Assembly (NCBI GenBank): GCA_001871415.1
Contig: MNWW01000002.1
Span: forward strand, 1 to 42,690
DNA from: Candidatus Woesearchaeota archaeon CG1_02_57_44
GTDB lineage: Archaea > Nanobdellota > Nanobdellia > Woesearchaeales > CG1-02-57-44
Direction: 5' to 3'
Length of the DNA: 42,690 bases
The notes beneath the pieces are model-generated. The model did not search any database and was not told the DNA's origin. It saw only the letters and a list, made by a program, of their open reading frames with translations. Of this stretch, positions 1-9,375 are shown piece by piece. Numbering within the stretch: the first letter of the stretch is position 1; the number at the start of each line of letters is the position of its first letter. The position numbers and the translations under genes are program-made.

Positions 1-315
1 GGTATCCATATCTCTGAAGAGTCGGAGTGCCAGCATACGGACCGCGAGATATGGGAGTCTACCATCGCGACCTTCCTTGCCAAGTTCCTCTTTGCCAGCA
101 CCTTCCTGATTCCCGTGCTGTTGTTGCCCTTGCAGCACGCGATTGAAGTCAGTATCGTCTGGGGGCTGCTGGTGCTGAGCATGCTCTCCTGGCGCATGGC
201 CACCACCGAGCATAAGAGGCCCTGGCGCGTCGTCGCAGAGCACTTGTTCATCGCCATGGCGGTCATCAGCATAACGAACCTGGCGGGCAAGCTGGTGGCG
301 AGCGTGTTTGGATAA
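1..315 (+). CDS. VIT1/CCC1-like membrane protein, C-terminal part (5' truncated by window)
   Basis: Frame is open from base 1 (GIHISEESECQHTDREIWESTIATFLAKFLFASTFLIPVLLLP...) with several hydrophobic helices; resembles archaeal VIT-family proteins. Confidence 0.6.
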   Translation, partial: GIHISEESECQHTDREIWESTIATFLAKFLFASTFLIPVLLLPLQHAIEVSIVWGLLVLSMLSWRMATTEHKRPWRVVAEHLFIAMAVISITNLAGKLVASVFG

Positions 316-404
316 GATGGATGAGGTGGCACCGACAGGCGGGTGTATATCAAGGTCTGATGTGTGCGCGAGTCTGGCAGGCGGTATCCGCTCACCTTGA
401 ACAG

Positions 405-1280
405 CTACATCCCAAGCTCATCCATGGCGTCGAGCACGAGTCGGGACTTCCACTCGTTGTTCGGATGGACGCTCGCCATGGAGTAAACGAGTGAATTTGC
501 GGACAGGTTAATGTCCGTGTGGTCCATGAGGGCGACGGTGCGTGGCGGGATGCCTGCTGCAAGAAATCCGCCCAATGCGGCGTAGGACGTATGCGTAGGA
601 AGTGCTGTCCACGCGTCGAGAAGATGCTCCCGTGCCATATAAGTCGCATAGCGCTCTTCCTGCGGTGTCACAGCCAGCGCAGCATGGTGCGAGAGGAGGG
701 TGTTCTGAATGCATATGGCATTCTCCCAGTAAGGATCCAAAGCAGTCTGCGTGGTGAAATATGCATCTCCCCATTCTCCGCGGACTTGTCTGAACGCGGC
801 CCTGCTGGCTGCTTCGGTCGCGAGGATCTCAAGATGCGGCCGGTCCCAGGGGAACTCGTAAACAGTGGGTGAAGTACCATGCTGATCTACGAGAATCACA
901 TGGTCTGGGAAATTGATGGTACCTGAATCTGACGCGACTTCAAAATAGGGCGGATAATCAAGGGCATCCACGCCATAGCCGAAGCGGGTTTTCGCTATGC
1001 GCTGCCGCTCGTCGCATGCCCGTGCATATACCTCAGGAGTATCGACCAGAAGGTTAAGCTCAAGTGTTTCGTCGTACCACGCGATGACGCGTTGCGCGGC
1101 CTCGCTTGCCGCTGCCATGACATCCTGCGGTGCGACAGGGTCTGCAGGGTGCAGGAGCGCATCCTGGGAATCCATGACTATACGGCCGAATAACTCGTTG
1201 GTTGGAACCAGTTCCGGACAGTGCAATCGTTCCCTGATGGGGCTCCAGAGCTGCTGGGGTGTGGGTGCGGAAAGTCTCAT
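405..1280 (-). CDS. hypothetical protein (291 aa)
   Basis: Longest ORF here, ATG start directly downstream of the Zn-ribbon gene; no recognisable motif. Confidence 0.6.
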   Translation of the reverse strand: MRLSAPTPQQLWSPIRERLHCPELVPTNELFGRIVMDSQDALLHPADPVAPQDVMAAASEAAQRVIAWYDETLELNLLVDTPEVYARACDERQRIAKTRFGYGVDALDYPPYFEVASDSGTINFPDHVILVDQHGTSPTVYEFPWDRPHLEILATEAASRAAFRQVRGEWGDAYFTTQTALDPYWENAICIQNTLLSHHAALAVTPQEERYATYMAREHLLDAWTALPTHTSYAALGGFLAAGIPPRTVALMDHTDINLSANSLVYSMASVHPNNEWKSRLVLDAMDELGM

Positions 1281-1297
1281 ATTCTGCCAGAAAAAAT

Positions 1298-1471
1298 TCA
1301 GTCTTCATCAATGTTACTGGCTTCCTCGATGATGGCGCCACACTTCTTGCAGTAGTGCTCGCCGTCATCGTAGCCGATGTCATCGTCTTCAGCGCCGCAG
1401 TCAGGGCATTTGAGGACTTTTTCGTGCTTTCGCTCCTCTTCATCCTTGCTGTAGCGATCAATAAGTGCCAT
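1298..1471 (-). CDS. small TFIIB-type zinc-ribbon protein
   Basis: CPDCG...DGEHYCKKCGAIIEE pattern; ATG at 1471 (MALIDRY) preferred over the track start at 1489. Confidence 0.75.
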   Translation of the reverse strand: MALIDRYSKDEEERKHEKVLKCPDCGAEDDDIGYDDGEHYCKKCGAIIEEASNIDED

Positions 1472-1709
1472 AATCAGTTGATTTCTCACTGCAGGATAAA
1501 AACTTTTCGGGTTTGGTTAAAGGATATCGGTGTATTATTAGTGCAATTCGTATCAAAATAAACTATCTTTTCCGATTACTAACATCATATACACAGGTTC
1601 TGCCGCTGTCTTCCTGGTTTCAACCAAGAATGCTTCGAGCACCTGGAGAATAACTCCAGTCTACCTGAGGATACCTTAAAATACCATTGCTCAATCGTTA
1701 GCAAAGCAG

Positions 1710-1793
1710 GCCAGGGTGGCGGAATCTGGTAACGCGCTCGCCTCGAGAGCGGGTGGCCGCAAGGCCTTTTGGGTTCAAATCCCAACCCTGGCG
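1710..1793 (+). tRNA. tRNA-Ser(CGA)
   Basis: Acceptor GCCAGGG/CCCTGGC-G, anticodon arm CTCGC-CT-CGA-GA-GCGGG, long variable arm GGCC-GCAA-GGCC, T-loop TTCAAAT; TTAAAATA box ~30 nt upstream. Confidence 0.95.
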
Positions 1794-1802
1794 TCCTGCT
1801 CA

Positions 1803-3122
1803 CTACACGAACCTTCTCTGCAGCGGGTCCCAGACCTTGCCGCGCTCTGAGCGCTCTGACCGTTCATGGTCGCGATCGCTGCTGCGTGGGCCGGATTCAC
1901 TGCTGCGTCCAAAACCGCCTCTGCTTCCAGAGCTTCCTCGTCCATAGCTTCGCGGGCCGCCTCGTCCACGACCTTCCCTGTCGCCGCGATCGCCACGCGC
2001 ATCAAACGGTATGCGCTCGAACTTGACCATCGGCAGTTTCTGGATATTGACGTGGTGCCTTCCCTGGATCTCACGGAATGCGTCGTGGTCCTTGTTGGAG
2101 AGCAGCGTTATGGCTTTGCCCTGCTCGCCTGCTCGTGCAGTCCTGCCGATGCGATGGATATATTCCTGCGGGTCATTGGCCAGGTCGTAGTTGAAGATAT
2201 GGCTGACATCCTTGATATCTATTCCTCTTGCAGCCACTGCTGAGGCCACGAGCACAGGCGGCTTTCCCTTGTTGAAATCCTCCATGACCGCAAGTCGCCT
2301 GCTCTGGCTCAGCTTGCCATGGATGGCCTCATTGTCAATGCCCTGCTTCTTGAGGTTCCTGGAGACGATATCGACTGTCGCCCGCGTGCTGCAGAAGATG
2401 ATGCATCGATGCACAGACTCCTTACGAAGCAGGTGCATGAGCAAGGAGAATTTCTCCTGTGGTTTGACATCATAGTAGTATTGTTTCAACGCGTCGGCCT
2501 CGACCATGGCCTTGGCCTCAACGACCACCGGGTTTTGCATATGCCTTTGCTGGATGGCCTGTATCTCGCTGGAAAGGGTCGCGCCGAAGAGCAGCATCTG
2601 CTTTTCCGCTGGCATGAATGACATGATGCGTTCGACATCTTCGATAAATCCCATTTCCACCATCTTGTCCGCTTCGTCTAGGACGAACATACTCAGATGG
2701 CTCAGATCGCAATTTCCCTGCTGCAGATGATCGAGCAGTCTTCCGGGGGTCGCGACAATGACTTCGCACTTACGCATCTTCTGTATCTGCAGATCGTAGC
2801 CCACGCCGCCATAGACTGTGGACACACTGGTGTCCTTGCGCCACTTGCGCAATTCATTGGCTATCTGCACAGCGAGCTCGCGTGTGGGGGCCAAGACGAG
2901 CGCCTGAGCGGCTTTTCCCGCCTGCAGGCGCTGCAGCAGCGGGACACCAAAGGCTGCGGTCTTGCCGCTGCCAGTCCTTGATTTGCCGATGACATCCCTG
3001 CCTTCCAGCACCGCTGGAATGGCGTTTGCCTGGATGTCCGTAGGTTCAGTGATCTCCTGCTTGCGCAGGTTGTCGGCAATAGCTTGAGCTACTCCTAAGT
3101 CTTCAAATGTGGTTTCTTCCAT
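1803..3122 (-). CDS. DEAD-box RNA helicase (DeaD/CshA-like)
   Basis: Q-motif, TGSGKT, PTRELA, TPGRLLD, DEAD, ARGID, HRIGRTARAG motifs; RG/RS-rich C-terminal tail. Confidence 0.95.
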   Translation of the reverse strand: MEETTFEDLGVAQAIADNLRKQEITEPTDIQANAIPAVLEGRDVIGKSRTGSGKTAAFGVPLLQRLQAGKAAQALVLAPTRELAVQIANELRKWRKDTSVSTVYGGVGYDLQIQKMRKCEVIVATPGRLLDHLQQGNCDLSHLSMFVLDEADKMVEMGFIEDVERIMSFMPAEKQMLLFGATLSSEIQAIQQRHMQNPVVVEAKAMVEADALKQYYYDVKPQEKFSLLMHLLRKESVHRCIIFCSTRATVDIVSRNLKKQGIDNEAIHGKLSQSRRLAVMEDFNKGKPPVLVASAVAARGIDIKDVSHIFNYDLANDPQEYIHRIGRTARAGEQGKAITLLSNKDHDAFREIQGRHHVNIQKLPMVKFERIPFDARGDRGDREGRGRGGPRSYGRGSSGSRGGFGRSSESGPRSSDRDHERSERSERGKVWDPLQRRFV

Positions 3123-3265
3123 AGTGTTTTACACCTCTGCGACAGGGCAGAGTGAAACAGAAGGAGCATGATGGACTTGTAAGGACTATCAATACTCTCT
3201 GTTTCTGCCGTATCTATACAGGCAATAATGCTCCTGCATTTATAAATCTTCCTCTGTCTAGGCTG

Positions 3266-4249
3266 TTAACGAGTCTTTCTCTTAATTACAGAATCGTACT
3301 CGTCAGCAATCTCTCCTACAATCTCCTCTAGCACGTCTTCCATTGTGATGATACCAACGAACTTGCGCCATTTGTTCTGCACCACAAACAGATGCACCCT
3401 TGCTTTGCGAAACCTGTTAAGCACATCGTCAAGCAACGCGTCATCTCGGATGAACTCTACCCGCCGGCGCATGACCGCGCTCACAGGGGTATTGGTATCT
3501 CCTTCCACCTTAATGAGGTCCTTGCTGTAGAGCATGCCCACTACGTGCTTTTTTATCTTGTCCAGAACAGGGATACGACTGTGTCCTTTTTCCTGTATTC
3601 TTGCCAGCAGGGCTATGGTGAGGACATCTGTTGCCTGCAGGGTGTATGCGAGCTCAATGGCTGTCATGGCATCCTTGACCCTCTTTTCAGAGAATTCCAG
3701 GCCGCCTTCCAAGATATCAAATTCGTCCTCATCCAGTTCAGAGCGCCTGGTCTTTTTCTGGTCATCCAGGAATAGCAATAGCTCTCTTCTACTGAGTACA
3801 TGCGGTCGTTCGTTCCCCATGAGCTTCTCCAGTATCAAGGATAGCGGCTTTGCCACTGGATACAGAATTGCCATGAAAAACCAGGCGAACCATGACATGC
3901 GCGAACCAAGATACATACTGTGACGATAAAAAACCGCTTGTGGCAATATTTCTCCAAAAATCACAATCAATGCCGTAGCAGTGATTCCCGCTATGATGCT
4001 GCTGGTGAGCGAGCCGAGATACACCGCCAGAGCCGCGTTGACAGCTACATTACCGAGCAGCAGTGTGGTGAGCAGAAGCATGGATTTATGCCGTAAAGGC
4101 AATATCTTGGCTGCTTGCATATTGCCAAGCTTAGCCCTGCGCTTGAGCGTATAATAATCAAGGCTCATAAGTCCCAGTGTCAATCCAGAAAATAATCCTG
4201 AAAATCCAATAAGCACAAGCACAACTAAAATACGAAGAAAAGAAATCAT
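3266..4249 (-). CDS. CNNM/DUF21 + CBS-pair protein (CorC/TlyC hemolysin family, putative Mg/Co transporter)
   Basis: FSGLTLGLMSLD, LLLGNVAVN, FGEILPQA, GHSRIPV, GIITMEDVLEEIVGEIADEYD. Confidence 0.92.
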   Translation of the reverse strand: MISFLRILVVLVLIGFSGLFSGLTLGLMSLDYYTLKRRAKLGNMQAAKILPLRHKSMLLLTTLLLGNVAVNAALAVYLGSLTSSIIAGITATALIVIFGEILPQAVFYRHSMYLGSRMSWFAWFFMAILYPVAKPLSLILEKLMGNERPHVLSRRELLLFLDDQKKTRRSELDEDEFDILEGGLEFSEKRVKDAMTAIELAYTLQATDVLTIALLARIQEKGHSRIPVLDKIKKHVVGMLYSKDLIKVEGDTNTPVSAVMRRRVEFIRDDALLDDVLNRFRKARVHLFVVQNKWRKFVGIITMEDVLEEIVGEIADEYDSVIKRKTR

Positions 4250-4252
4250 AGG

Positions 4253-4282
4253 AAAAGAAAAAAATGTACCCTTATGGGTACA
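4253..4282 (-). terminator. hairpin + oligo-T overlapping archaellin stop codon
   Basis: Minus strand TGTACCC-ATAA-GGGTACA followed by TTTTTTTCTTTT. Confidence 0.55.
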
Positions 4283-4853
4283 AGCTGATTCTCTTGTCCA
4301 CCATCAGGTCCGGTGTGGCGGTATCTACGACCAGTGGCGCACCTACCATGGGTACAAGTGTCAGCTTCACATCCTCGCTCTCATTAACAGAGCGGGGGGA
4401 TTGCAGGCATACTTGTACGACATCTCCCTTGGTCAGATATCCTGTCTTATTGTTGGTGCCTGTTATCTGCCACTTCACGCCGAAATTCAGACCGGCTCCC
4501 ATATACGCGGTGTTTGAGCAATCAATGGATTGATTATACTCATAATCTGACGACTGATCCTTTAGGTTTAAGCTTACCAGCGTATCAGTGAAACGTAGCT
4601 CTTCAGAACCTGAGGCGAGCTTTACTGTCCAGTAGATGTAATCCAGGTCTTGGTCGCTGCCATCTTCTCCATAGACCTCGACTGCGCTGAGGCTGGTTCC
4701 TACTTCCTGTGTTGTGGCTTTGCCTGTGGCAAGTGCCTTGTTTTGCAGGGTTCCTGTGGTGCTGATGAGCACGCTTGCGGCTACTGCTGCCACAAGAATC
4801 ATGGCGATGAATATAATCAATGTTCCCATTCCCATCTCAGCTTTCTTTTCCAT
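4272..4853 (-). CDS. flaB: archaellin (A1)
   Basis: Class III signal [38 protein letters not shown]; archaellin-like C-terminus; GGAGG RBS. Confidence 0.93.
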   Translation of the reverse strand: MEKKAEMGMGTLIIFIAMILVAAVAASVLISTTGTLQNKALATGKATTQEVGTSLSAVEVYGEDGSDQDLDYIYWTVKLASGSEELRFTDTLVSLNLKDQSSDYEYNQSIDCSNTAYMGAGLNFGVKWQITGTNNKTGYLTKGDVVQVCLQSPRSVNESEDVKLTLVPMVGAPLVVDTATPDLMVDKRISLYP

Positions 4854-4868
4854 TGTTTTGTCCTCCCT

Positions 4869-5483
4869 CTATGGGTATATCGGAATTCTCGTATCCACCA
4901 TCAGATCTGGCGTACTCGAATCAATAACCATAGGTGCGCCCACCATAGGCATCATAGTCAATTTAACTCCTTCACTTTCATTAATCGCCCTTGGCGTCTT
5001 AATGCATACCTGCACGACATCTCCCTTTGTCAAGTACCCGCTCTTGTTGTTGGTTCCTGTAATCTGATAGTTCACTCCAAAATTTGATTGATTTAATAAG
5101 GTCATATTATAGGCAGCGCTGACATTCTGATAGTAACTCGTATTGGCACAACGCACCGACGTATTATACTGATAATCCAATGAAGAATCCTTGAGATTGA
5201 GGCTAAGCAGCGTATCTTGCAACCTGATTTCATCTGATCCGCTTGAAAGTTTTATTGTCATGAACAAGTATTCTATATCTTGGTCGGTTCCATCTTCGCC
5301 ATATGCCTCAATCGCTCTGAGTGATGTTCCAACTTCCTGGCTAGTCGCTTTTCCCGTACTCAACGCTTTATTTTGTAAAGTTCCCGTGGTGCTTATCAGA
5401 ACCTTCGCAGCTACCGCGGCGACCAGAATCATAGCTATAAAAATGATGAGGGTGCCCATGCCCATCTCGGCCTTTTTATCCAT
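4869..5483 (-). CDS. flaB: archaellin (A2)
   Basis: Same N-terminal pilin-like helix; GGAGG RBS; many NxS/T sequons. Confidence 0.93.
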   Translation of the reverse strand: MDKKAEMGMGTLIIFIAMILVAAVAAKVLISTTGTLQNKALSTGKATSQEVGTSLRAIEAYGEDGTDQDIEYLFMTIKLSSGSDEIRLQDTLLSLNLKDSSLDYQYNTSVRCANTSYYQNVSAAYNMTLLNQSNFGVNYQITGTNNKSGYLTKGDVVQVCIKTPRAINESEGVKLTMMPMVGAPMVIDSSTPDLMVDTRIPIYP

Positions 5484-5535
5484 TGAATTCTCCTCCGCCC
5501 GACCAATAATCTACATCCTTTTCCGGATGTTCTGA

Positions 5536-5552
5536 TATATATACTTGTCGGT
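5536..5552 (-). promoter_or_regulatory. BRE-TATA promoter for archaellins A2-A1
   Basis: Minus strand ACCGACAAGTATATATA. Confidence 0.55.
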
Positions 5553-5597
5553 CGTCTTTATAAACGAGGGGTGTGAATCTGTATCTTAGTTGGGGTT

Positions 5598-6215
5598 CTA
5601 TGGATAAATGGCTATGCGGCTGTCCACCATCAGGTCTGGCAGGTTCCCTTCGACCAGGAGTGGCGCCCCTATCATGGGGACGATAGTGACCCTAAACTTT
5701 TCACCCTCAAATATGTCTCGGGGCGTTTTCAGGCAGATCTGCACTACATCGCCTTTTGTGATATATCCGCTTCTGTTGTTGGTTCCCGCAATCTGGTACT
5801 TTATTCCAAAATTGGACTGGTTGAGCAGGGTCATATTGTAGGCCGCGCTGACATTGTGATAATAACTGACGTTATCGCAGCGCACAGAGCTGTTGTACTT
5901 ATAGTCGTAGGATTGATTGCTGAGACTGAATGAGAGCAAAGTGTCTCCGATACGTAGGGGATCTGAGCCTGAATTGAGCTTAATAGTCTGAAAATAATAC
6001 TGCACACTCTGATTCTCTCCATTCTCGGCGTAGGCTTCTACTGTTTTGATGCTGGTTCCCACTTCCTGGGTCGTAGCTCTTCCGGTTCCCAACGCCTTGT
6101 TCTGCAGATTGCCTGTGGTGCTGATGAGCACGCTTGCGGCTACTGCTGCGACCAGTATCATGGCTATGAATATGATAAGGGTTCCCATTCCCATTTCCGC
6201 TTTTTTATCAGTCAT
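5598..6215 (-). CDS. flaB: archaellin (A3)
   Basis: [27 protein letters not shown]; archaellin motifs. Confidence 0.93.
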   Translation of the reverse strand: MTDKKAEMGMGTLIIFIAMILVAAVAASVLISTTGNLQNKALGTGRATTQEVGTSIKTVEAYAENGENQSVQYYFQTIKLNSGSDPLRIGDTLLSFSLSNQSYDYKYNSSVRCDNVSYYHNVSAAYNMTLLNQSNFGIKYQIAGTNNRSGYITKGDVVQICLKTPRDIFEGEKFRVTIVPMIGAPLLVEGNLPDLMVDSRIAIYP

Positions 6216-6264
6216 CACTCAAATCGCCACCAATATACATAAGTCTATACTTATGGGGGATAGT

Positions 6265-6281
6265 CATATAAATACCTTTCG
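6265..6281 (-). promoter_or_regulatory. BRE-TATA promoter for archaellin A3
   Basis: Minus strand CGAAAGGTATTTATATG. Confidence 0.6.
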
Positions 6282-6665
6282 ATATTGTCTTACAAAGATC
6301 TCTGAAACCCAGCGTTTTTCGCACAGTCTCGCAGTAGTCGTGGCTGATTCATCTAGACTCACCTATTCCTTGCGTAGAAAGGGAATTCATCGTCAGAATC
6401 ATTAAGTCTGCAGAAACTTGAGACTCCTTGCGATGGGTACATGCACCGTCCTTCAGGACGCGCCACCTATCGCAAGAATCAGACGCAAAAATCCTTTGCG
6501 GGCTTTTGAGCGTGAACATCCTGGGGTGTTCGCTGAATCCCGCGCGGTTCGACAAGTCACACTCAATGTGAAGCAAACTCTTCTTACAAAGTCCTCTTTC
6601 ATATCAACGCTAATAATGCCCTGATTAGAAGCAGACTAAAAAGAAAAAAGATTAAAAAATAAAAT

Positions 6666-7253
6666 TTATGGGTAAATGCTTACCCTGGTATCGACCATCA
6701 AATCAGGTGTTGTCGAATCAACGACCAGCGCTGAACCGACCATGGGTATCAGACTGATCTTGAGATCCTCAGCTTCATTGATTGGCCTTGGCATGTGCAG
6801 GCACAATTGGACGACATCACCCTTTGTCAGATAACCCGTCCTGTTATTAGTTCCTGTTATCTGCCATTTTGCTCCGAACATGGCCGAACTGGCATTGAAC
6901 TGGCTTGTATTCGTGCAATCAACGCTCTGATTATATCCATAATCGCTAGATATGTCATTCAAGTTCACGGTGACCAGCGTATCTATCAATCGAATCTCAT
7001 CTGATCCCGAGGCCAGTTTGATAGTCTCATAGATGTATTCCAGGCTTTGGTTGCTGCCGTCCTCTCCGTACAGCTCGACCGCGCTGAGGCTGGTTCCAAC
7101 TTCCTGCGTGGTGGCTTTGCCTGTGGCAAGTGCCTTGTTTTGCAGGGTTCCTGTGGTGCTGATGAGCACACTTGCTGCGACCGCTGCGACCAGTATCATG
7201 GCAATGAAGATGATGAGTGTACCCATGCCCATCTCAGCTTTCGTTCCTTTCAT
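6666..7253 (-). CDS. flaB: archaellin (A4)
   Basis: [15 protein letters not shown]...; GAGGT RBS; T-rich tract downstream. Confidence 0.93.
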   Translation of the reverse strand: MKGTKAEMGMGTLIIFIAMILVAAVAASVLISTTGTLQNKALATGKATTQEVGTSLSAVELYGEDGSNQSLEYIYETIKLASGSDEIRLIDTLVTVNLNDISSDYGYNQSVDCTNTSQFNASSAMFGAKWQITGTNNRTGYLTKGDVVQLCLHMPRPINEAEDLKISLIPMVGSALVVDSTTPDLMVDTRVSIYP

Positions 7254-7324
7254 GATATCGACCTCATTTTTTATTGGCTACTCTCAAATGTCAATAATAC
7301 ATGTTATTTTTTTGGGAATACTTG

Positions 7325-7340
7325 TATATTAATCTGTCGA
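7325..7340 (-). promoter_or_regulatory. BRE-TATA promoter for archaellin A4
   Basis: Minus strand TCGACAGATTAATATA. Confidence 0.5.
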
Positions 7341-7423
7341 TTAACTTTCGAATCTATAAAATTCAGACTTTTTCAATCAAAACGGTCTTATGCCGTCTCT
7401 GACTCCATGCCCGGCCTGACTCT

Positions 7424-8008
7424 TCATGGAAATAAAGAGACTCTCTTGTCCGTCACCTGATCAGGAACCGAGACCTCCAGTATGGTTGGTGAACCTGCCA
7501 TGGGGGTGATGCTCACGCGTATTTTTTCCCCTTCCCGTATTTCTCTTGGTGCGATCATGCAGACCTGGATGACATCTCCTCTGACAAGATAACCACTCTT
7601 ATTGTTAGTCCCTGTGATCTGATATTTGACGCCGAAATCTCCCCCTGCGGCAAGCGTGCTTGTGTCAGTGCACGAACCTGAAGCGCTATAGAGGTAGTCT
7701 GCGGTCGTGTTTGACAATTGCATCCTGATAAGTGTATCACTGAATTTTATGGCGTCTGATCCTGCTCCAAGTTTCACGGAAAGGTAGAGGTGATCGACCG
7801 TCTGATTGGATCCATCTTCTCCATACAACTGGACGGTTGAGATGACCGTGCCGACCTCTTGTGTCGTGGCCTTACCAGTGGTCAATGCCTTTCCCCGCAG
7901 CGCGCCTGTTGTGCTGATGAGCACACTAGCCGCGATTGCTGCGACCAGTATCATGGCTATGAAGATGATGAGTGTACCCATCCCCATTTCAGCGTTCTTA
8001 TCCACCAC
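7424..8008 (-). CDS. flaB: archaellin (A5)
   Basis: GTG start, [25 protein letters not shown]. Confidence 0.92.
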   Translation of the reverse strand: MVDKNAEMGMGTLIIFIAMILVAAIAASVLISTTGALRGKALTTGKATTQEVGTVISTVQLYGEDGSNQTVDHLYLSVKLGAGSDAIKFSDTLIRMQLSNTTADYLYSASGSCTDTSTLAAGGDFGVKYQITGTNNKSGYLVRGDVIQVCMIAPREIREGEKIRVSITPMAGSPTILEVSVPDQVTDKRVSLFP

Positions 8009-8042
8009 AACACCCCCCCATGAGTATCAGGTAGGGGGGTCT

Positions 8043-8057
8043 TATTTAAAGATTTCG
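8043..8057 (-). promoter_or_regulatory. BRE-TATA promoter for archaellin A5
   Basis: Minus strand CGAAATCTTTAAATA. Confidence 0.6.
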
Positions 8058-8216
8058 TCTATGCTGATGCGCCATGCCGCAGGATCGCCGACGACACAAG
8101 TGCCGCCTTGGGCCTCTGCGTCCGCAGCTGGCGGCCAAACAAATCTGGATGGCGCATGGGCCTTGAACAAAGAACCCTTGAACAAAGCTCAACGCGTTCG
8201 GTCAAAGAACCCAGAA

Positions 8217-8244
8217 TAATAAAAAATTCCCGTATTCACGGGAA
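8217..8244 (-). terminator. hairpin + oligo-T overlapping archaellin A6 stop codon
   Basis: Minus strand TTCCCGT-GAAT-ACGGGAA then TTTTTTATT. Confidence 0.55.
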
Positions 8245-8856
8245 GATGTGGATGCGCTTGGCAATCATTAGCTCAGGTGCGCTGCTTTCCGTAACAACAG
8301 GGTTGCCGACCATGGGCACGATGGTGACCTTGATGTCTTCACCTTCGCGCACCTTCCTGGGCGATTGCCAGCACAGCTGGATGACGTCGCCTTTGGTGAC
8401 ATAGCCGCTTTTGTTGTTCGTTCCTGTTATCTGGTACTTCATGCCAAAATCTCCGCCCGCTGACATGGTGCTGATGTCATCACAATCAACACTTGCGCTG
8501 TATCCGTAGTCCTGGGACACGTTATTCAGACCTACGGTCATCAGCATGTCTGCCAGTCTGACGGGATCAGAACCGCTGGACAATTTCACGCTCTGATAAA
8601 AATAGTCCACTGTCTGCGCTGTCCCGTTCTCTGCGTAGATGCGCACCACCTGGATGCTGGTGCCAACCTCTTGTGTAGTAGCCTTTCCTGTCGCAAGAGC
8701 CTTATTCTGGAGATTGCCCGTGGTGCTGATGAGCACGCTTGCTGCGATTGCCGCGACAAGTATCATGGCTATGAAGATGATGAGTGTGCCCATTCCCATC
8801 TCAGCCTTGCGCCTCAGACGATGCATTCTCCTTCCGCTTTTTTCGTGATTCGACAT
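8236..8856 (-). CDS. flaB: archaellin (A6)
   Basis: Longer basic leader ...[25 protein letters not shown]. Confidence 0.92.
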   Translation of the reverse strand: MSNHEKSGRRMHRLRRKAEMGMGTLIIFIAMILVAAIAASVLISTTGNLQNKALATGKATTQEVGTSIQVVRIYAENGTAQTVDYFYQSVKLSSGSDPVRLADMLMTVGLNNVSQDYGYSASVDCDDISTMSAGGDFGMKYQITGTNNKSGYVTKGDVIQLCWQSPRKVREGEDIKVTIVPMVGNPVVTESSAPELMIAKRIHIFP

Positions 8857-8933
8857 GATATCACCTCTTATTATCCTGGTGTTGATGTTAATATGTCAAT
8901 ATACATTTTAGTACCCTAATTTGGTGTATCATG

Positions 8934-8947
8934 TATATAAGCTTTTC
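8934..8947 (-). promoter_or_regulatory. BRE-TATA promoter for archaellin A6
   Basis: Minus strand GAAAAGCTTATATA. Confidence 0.6.
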
Positions 8948-9342
8948 TCTCTATCCCTTATAAGGTATTTAAAGAACTCGGGTATGGCGATGGCATCTTT
9001 ATAAGCAATATATCAACAAGACTAATGCTATCAATAGCTATCAATAAGACGTATGCGTCCTACCTGTCTTGGACGCGAATATCGATTGCCATAGCAACTG
9101 TCGCTGCCAAAATCCGGCATGTATCAGGTATTGCACAATTATCTGTACGAACCCTTTTCACAAAGAATTATTGCTGACCTAATCCTGGATTATCCTAACA
9201 TGCTATTGCATTAACTGGCACTCTCTTTTTTCAAGGAATCCTATACAGAACGCTATACATCACGCGCGTGGTTAAGTCGAGAATTCATTTCAACTTCTGG
9301 AGCACTACCTTTTCAGAGAAAACGGATTAGAAAAAATACAGT

Positions 9343-9375
9343 AAAAAAGAAAAAATATGTACCCTTATGGGTACA
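9343..9375 (-). terminator. hairpin + oligo-T overlapping archaellin A7 stop codon
   Basis: Minus strand TGTACCC-ATAA-GGGTACA then TATTTTTTCTTTTTT. Confidence 0.55.

Noticed and set aside
1710..1793. tRNA-Ser as integration site of an island
   Set aside because: No duplicated tRNA 3' end or integrase seen in the window
6349..6624. Small ORFs (75 aa minus, 68 aa plus) between A3 and A4
   Set aside because: Non-ATG starts, no RBS or motif, mutually overlapping and overlapping a hairpin
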